This document shows positions 61,200-64,000 of a stretch of DNA of 64,000 nucleotides, piece by piece. Source of the stretch: a virus; IMG/VR virus record IMGVR_UViG_3300023199_000051, positions 32,001 to 96,000 of that record; one strand, written 5' to 3'. The notes under the pieces were generated by a model. That model saw nothing but the letters and a program-made list of their open reading frames with translations. It ran no database searches and was not told where the DNA came from. Both the position numbers and the translations under genes were made by a program. Each line of letters starts with the position of its first letter. The first letter of the stretch is position 1.

Positions 61200-61919
61200 T
61201 CAACGGTTCGTGAAGATGTCCCCTACTTCCTGCATGATCTTGGCGGCGCGTCCCACGGCGTCTCTGGCGTCGGTGATGACGTCAGACCATGGAAGCTCTG
61301 GAGTGTTCGTGTTGGTGTCTGGCTCGGTGATGTTTTGCACCACGTCGCGAGTGTACTCTACCCGATTCCGGGTGTTTTGCACCCGTTGTCCTAGAGGTTG
61401 AAGGACCTCCAAGGCCGCATCCGCAACTTCTAGCAGGTCGTCAGCTTTGGCTGGGACGCAGTTACTAGCAGCTTCATCGCTGAGCAGAAGGACAGCAGCA
61501 GCCTCATCAAGCTCTCGCTCCGTGTCAGGATCTTCACGATCCTCATTGCGGCGATCTAGCATCAGGAGTGACAGCGAGCGGGCAAACCGGAGCGAGCTGA
61601 CACGCTGTAGGTACTGGTGCCCAGTGAACGAGGAGCGTGGGAGCAGCTCGGGGCGCCTCCCGAGACGACGCAGCAGGTACCGCCACTGCCGTACCAGGCC
61701 AGCTTGTGGCCCCCCGGCCTGCGATGCGATGGTCGTGTCCAGTGCGAGCAGAGCTGCGGTGTAGTCGTCCTTGAGATCAGGACCACCTGCCTCATCCCAC
61801 AGCTCCTGCGCGACTCGGATTCGATCCGACCAGTCAACGAACCCCGCTTCTTCAGCTTTCCGAGCGGTGAGCGTGAAGGCATACCGGATCTTCATGTTGA
61901 GGCCGGGCTCGTAGCTCAC
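61200..61919 (-). CDS. Alpha-helical hypothetical protein
   Basis: AGGAG RBS before GTG 61919. Confidence 0.65.
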   Translation of the reverse strand: MSYEPGLNMKIRYAFTLTARKAEEAGFVDWSDRIRVAQELWDEAGGPDLKDDYTAALLALDTTIASQAGGPQAGLVRQWRYLLRRLGRRPELLPRSSFTGHQYLQRVSSLRFARSLSLLMLDRRNEDREDPDTERELDEAAAVLLLSDEAASNCVPAKADDLLEVADAALEVLQPLGQRVQNTRNRVEYTRDVVQNITEPDTNTNTPELPWSDVITDARDAVGRAAKIMQEVGDIFTNR

Positions 61920-61931
61920 TGGTGCTCCTAT

Positions 61932-63347
61932 CTACAGGTGCACCTGGTAGCCATCACTGTCGATGAACACTGCTCCTGCTTCGTCGGTAGGATCATCGTA
62001 GTCCATCGCGTACTCGGCATCCTCCTCGATGACCATGTTGTCGTTGCCGTCGAAGCCCTGGACGATGATCGACTCGCCCGGCTTGATGGCAGTCTTGAAG
62101 GGGCCTTCCTTGAGGCGCTTGCGGAGCTTGATCATCTTGGCGACACCAGAGCCAGCCTTGACGGCTAGTGGAATGAGGGCGCCTGATGCATCCTCCTCGA
62201 CCGGGTCGAGCTTCCAGGCAGGCTCCTCAGCGGTCCCCACGTTGGTCACCTTGACCGGGTACCCTCGCTTGACACGCAGCTCGACAGCTGGCGCAAGCTC
62301 CTGCGTGACCCAGGGCTTGCGGAACAGCTTGACGAGCCCTTCCCCGACGCCCCCCGAGTCCTTGATCTTCTCCCCGAGCTTCTGGAACATCTTGCCCTTG
62401 AACAGGCCCTTGCGCTCACTCGTGTTCTTGCTCTGCCGCTTGGACTTCTTCCGAAAGAGGCGCTTGAGGAAGCCGACTGCCTCTTCGTCTTCAGCATCTG
62501 CTGCGATGTAGCCCTCATCGTCAACGTCCAGTCCTCCGATGACGCCGTCCACATAGGTCTCCGGCAGCGTGCCATCCTCTAGGCCCTCGGTGACCAGGTA
62601 CTCCAGCTCTTCGGGTGTGATGGCACCTGCGCGGAACAGAGGCTTGCGATGTTCCTTCTTCCAACCGCGCCACTGCCGACGCAGGCCCTTCCTCTTCTGC
62701 CTGCTCTTGCGCCTCTTCCGTGCCTTGCGGCGCTTCTTACGGAGCCTCTTCCCGCGCCGCTGGAGACGCTTGATCTTCTTGGGCTTGCCGGGCTTGCGTG
62801 CTGGTCTCTGCATGGCACCGCCGCCGCGCGTGGGCCTCTGCATGGCAGCGTCACCACCGCGTGTAGGCCGCTGCATGGCACCATCCATGGAGCGCCGCTG
62901 CTTGAGCTTCTTCGGTTGGTTGGCGCTACGGGACGGCCTCTGCATGGCACCGTCCAGGGATCGCCTCTGGTCGAGCTTCCTCGGGCCCCTCCTACCACGC
63001 GGGGAGTGCGGGCCATCGAGGTGCCTCCCACCGAGGCGCTTGCCGCCAAACCGCCGTCGCTGAGGCCGCTGCATCGCACCACCGTCACGAGGGTCCCTCG
63101 GCACCTCGTAGGTCTCCCAGGCATACTGCTGCTCGCCTGGGATCACCTCTTCGATGATCTCCTCCTCGACGTACTGCGGCTGCCGTGGCTGCGAAGGGTA
63201 GAAGAAGGAAGATCTAGCAGCTGGCTTCGGCTTCGGAGCACATCCATGGAGCTTGCCCGTCTTCAGGAGGCAGTCTCGCTCGGCTTGCGTCTTGGCACGA
63301 GCCAGCATGGCAGGGTTGACTTGGCCGATGGTGATGCGGTCGCTCAT
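61932..63347 (-). CDS. Bipartite basic/acidic protein with five (G/A)AMQRP repeats
   Basis: Repeats at 62802-63080; Arg/Lys tracts alternate with acidic tracts. Confidence 0.7.
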   Translation of the reverse strand: MSDRITIGQVNPAMLARAKTQAERDCLLKTGKLHGCAPKPKPAARSSFFYPSQPRQPQYVEEEIIEEVIPGEQQYAWETYEVPRDPRDGGAMQRPQRRRFGGKRLGGRHLDGPHSPRGRRGPRKLDQRRSLDGAMQRPSRSANQPKKLKQRRSMDGAMQRPTRGGDAAMQRPTRGGGAMQRPARKPGKPKKIKRLQRRGKRLRKKRRKARKRRKSRQKRKGLRRQWRGWKKEHRKPLFRAGAITPEELEYLVTEGLEDGTLPETYVDGVIGGLDVDDEGYIAADAEDEEAVGFLKRLFRKKSKRQSKNTSERKGLFKGKMFQKLGEKIKDSGGVGEGLVKLFRKPWVTQELAPAVELRVKRGYPVKVTNVGTAEEPAWKLDPVEEDASGALIPLAVKAGSGVAKMIKLRKRLKEGPFKTAIKPGESIIVQGFDGNDNMVIEEDAEYAMDYDDPTDEAGAVFIDSDGYQVHL

Positions 63348-63402
63348 GGTGTGGTGCTCTCGGATCGTGGTGTGCGGGCAGGGGTGAGCTGCCATCTACA
63401 AC

Positions 63403-63780
63403 CTAGCATCCACAACCGTTCGTGCCGAATCCATCAGCGAAGCCGCCCCGGTTGGCGTAGCGCCAGCCGTGGCGCCAGGTCCGGTAGAGCGGACCACCTG
63501 GTAGGTAAGGTCGGCGGGTGTGGTGAGGTTGCTCATATGCGACGTAGTGGTTGGAGGGGACATTGACAGGCAGCTTCATCCCCAGGATCTGCGCTGGGTT
63601 CGATCGCTTCACGTACACAGGCACGCTGAGGTGCCTGGTGAGCATGATCCCCTCACCCGGCTCGGGGTCGGTGAGGTACACCACCAACCGCTGCCTTCCG
63701 ATGCCCACAGCTGTGAGGCGCGGGTCATCGGCATAGGCCTCGATGAGCAGGTCACGGGCGTCGGCAAGTGTGCGGCTCAT
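63403..63780 (-). CDS. Hypothetical protein
   Basis: ATGA overlap with the upstream ORF; ends GGFADGFGTNGCGC. Confidence 0.55.
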   Translation of the reverse strand: MSRTLADARDLLIEAYADDPRLTAVGIGRQRLVVYLTDPEPGEGIMLTRHLSVPVYVKRSNPAQILGMKLPVNVPSNHYVAYEQPHHTRRPYLPGGPLYRTWRHGWRYANRGGFADGFGTNGCGC

Positions 63781-63989
63781 CCCGAGAAGTCTCCGAAGGC
63801 ACCACGAAAAGCGAAAGTGTTGCGGGGTGCCCCGAAGGGTGTTCGTGGGGGCAGGTAGTCCGGCGGGAAGTCAGTGTAGGCGTGACGCTGGCCGCTGCGC
63901 CATGGGACAGCTCGTGTCTGAGGCTCATGGAGCTTCTTGTTGAGGAAGCCGCTGATACGAGGCTTTCTGTTGATGCCGAAGTAGGGCAT
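63777..63989 (-). CDS. Small hypothetical protein at the window edge
   Basis: 70-aa ORF; TAATG-type start context; may depend on sequence beyond the window. Confidence 0.45.
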   Translation of the reverse strand: MPYFGINRKPRISGFLNKKLHEPQTRAVPWRSGQRHAYTDFPPDYLPPRTPFGAPRNTFAFRGAFGDFSG

Positions 63990-64000
63990 TAGCGCAGGCC

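Noticed and set aside
1-64000. Alternative genetic code (stop-codon reassignment)
   Set aside because: ORFs up to 3000 aa are open in code 11, and TGA and TAG both terminate genes with tight coupling. Only one suspicious in-frame TGA was seen.

Overview
This high-GC window (roughly two-thirds GC by eye) reads as part of a large, jumbo-type bacterial virus or similar mobile element. I recognised no ribosomal, housekeeping, terminase, portal or major-capsid gene. Left to right it holds: (1) 1-8 kb, small accessory genes (DUF262, DUF932, a MazG-like NTP pyrophosphatase, a J-domain protein, a sulfotransferase); (2) a ~1540-aa polyvalent protein (kinase, three ParB/Srx domains, hemerythrin, methyltransferase) divergent from a PAPS-reductase-family gene; (3) 14.7-27 kb, a virion/membrane module (membrane-anchored lysozyme-like enzyme, glycine-zipper and Arg-rich proteins, a HiPIP-like protein, fibre/spike and beta-sandwich proteins, a macro domain); (4) 27-43 kb, a DUF1232-kinase fusion, a ~3025-aa polyvalent protein (NUDIX, kinase) and a GHKL ATPase-zincin; (5) an HNH nuclease next to a minus-strand array of 25 canonical CCA-ending tRNAs plus atypical ones; (6) holin-like membrane genes, an intein-containing DarB-like methyltransferase-helicase, two Lys-rich histone-like paralogs and low-complexity proteins. 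The strongest unexplained signal is a recurrent E-x-L-P pentapeptide at essentially every domain junction of the polyvalent proteins, which suggests protease-processed effector polyproteins. All family calls are by-eye motif recognition with no database searches. Start codons and tRNA ends were placed manually and may be off by a few nt.
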